NCBI GenBank assembly: GCA_964479225.1
Contig: CAYZLL010000003.1
Span: forward strand, 1 to 52,872
Direction of reading: 5' to 3'
Length of the DNA stretch: 52,872 nt
From: an uncultured Smithella sp.
GTDB lineage: Bacteria > Desulfobacterota > Syntrophia > Syntrophales > Smithellaceae
Position numbers and translations under genes: made by a program. Position 1 is the stretch's first letter; each line of letters starts with the position of its first letter. Positions 52,245-52,872 of the stretch are shown one piece after another. The notes below the pieces were generated by a model. That model saw only the letters and a list, made by a program, of their open reading frames with translations, ran no database searches and was not told the DNA's origin.

Positions 52245-52872
52245 ATGAAGATTACAAGAAGAGGGTTTTTAACTCTGTCCAGTGCCGTCGGAGGCGGGAT
52301 TGCCCTATCCGGCTTGGGGCTTAATCTGAGACCGACAAAAGCATACGCGGACGAGTTAGACAAAATGAACAGGGTTAAGGCCGCCAAACAGACGACGACG
52401 ATTTGCTGTTATTGCTCCGTCGGCTGCGGCCTGGTTTGCAGCACGGATAAGGCGACGGGAAAGATCATCAACATCGAAGGTGACGCCGATCATCCCATCA
52501 ACGAAGGGTCTCTTTGTGCGAAGGGTGCCGGTTTCTTCGATCTGACGGAAGCCAATAAGCACCGGCTGACGAAGGTTCTTTACCGTGGTCCGGGAGGAAC
52601 GCAGTGGGAGGAAAAAGACTGGGATTGGGCTTTGCCTCGCATGGCCCGCCTGATCAAGGATACCCGTGACAAAAATTTCACCAAGACAAACGCCAAGGGC
52701 GAGCTGGTCAACCGTTGCGAAGCCATTGGCCACTACGGAAGCTCCAATATCGACAACGAGGAATGCTGGCTTGTAACAACGATGGCGCGCACGCTGGGGC
52801 TTGTCTATATCGATCACCAGGCCCGCGTCTGACACAGTCCATCTGTTGCGGCTCTGGGAGAGTCGTTCGGAC
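52245..52872 (+). CDS. fdhA: Formate dehydrogenase catalytic (alpha) subunit, Tat-exported and selenocysteine-containing (3' end lies outside the window)
   Basis: The ATG at 52245 follows GGGAGG. The Tat motif is MKITRRGFLTL and the [4Fe-4S] motif is CCYCSVGCG. The in-frame TGA at 52830..52832 lies in IDHQARV-U-HSPSVAALGESFG, as in E. coli FdnG (QARV-U-HGPTVASLAPTFG). Confidence 0.9.

Noticed and set aside
1-52872. A scan for CRISPR arrays, rRNA genes, tRNA genes, and prophage or defence-island gene sets.
   Set aside because: I saw no regularly spaced direct repeats, no rRNA- or tRNA-like sequences, and no recognisable restriction-modification, Cas, abortive-infection or phage structural genes. 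The only toxin-like module is barnase/barstar.

Overview
This is a 52.9-kb chromosomal window, by inference from an anaerobic, Desulfobacterota-like deltaproteobacterium. The inference rests on a selenocysteine/Tat formate dehydrogenase, sigma54 regulation, an ADP-forming acetyl-CoA synthetase and B12 enzymes. I support about 47 protein-coding genes. I found no rRNA, tRNA or CRISPR array.

Gene content from left to right:
- The end of an ATPase operon (alpha then gamma, nothing after), which suggests an N-type ATPase.
- A methyl-accepting chemoreceptor.
- A co-directional kefF-kefB/C, glycerophosphodiesterase and PlsC/alpha-beta-hydrolase fusion block.
- An ADP-forming acyl-CoA synthetase.
- An S1-domain protein, an aminotransferase and a secreted barnase/barstar pair.
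- An ABC-F protein, a Gly/Arg-rich RRM RNA-binding protein and an ABC-2 exporter.
- A beta-CASP RNase-like hydrolase, a BtuF-like binding protein with TonB, a SWIB-domain protein and malic enzyme.
- A five-PAS sigma54 activator, followed by a sigma54 promoter driving a family-I lipase and its Lif foldase.
- A scrambled islet with duplicated promoter cassettes, a lipoprotein, a DUF1846 gene, an IS remnant and a (CAAT)5 repeat.
- Two crotonases, TerC, and a split B12 acyl-CoA mutase operon (icmA-icmB-meaB-cobO).
- Two exported thiol peroxidase/redoxin genes and a TetR regulator.
- The nickel-pincer cofactor genes larC-larB / larE with a His-rich metal transporter.
- The 5' part of a Sec-containing formate dehydrogenase.

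The observations most worth following up are:
1. An ~80-nt two-hairpin element that starts at a stop codon. It has two near-identical copies next to RNA-binding-protein genes and a diverged third copy between icmA and icmB.
2. The PAS-activator, inverted-repeat, sigma54-promoter, lipase/foldase circuit.
3. The mutase carries Phe/Gln (isobutyryl-CoA-mutase type) at its specificity positions, not Tyr/Arg.
4. Several duplicated promoter cassettes and direct repeats that flank single genes.
5. A lar cluster without larA, whose LarE carries a CxxC...C cysteine triad.

All calls come from reading the sequence and the ORF track only. No searches were run.
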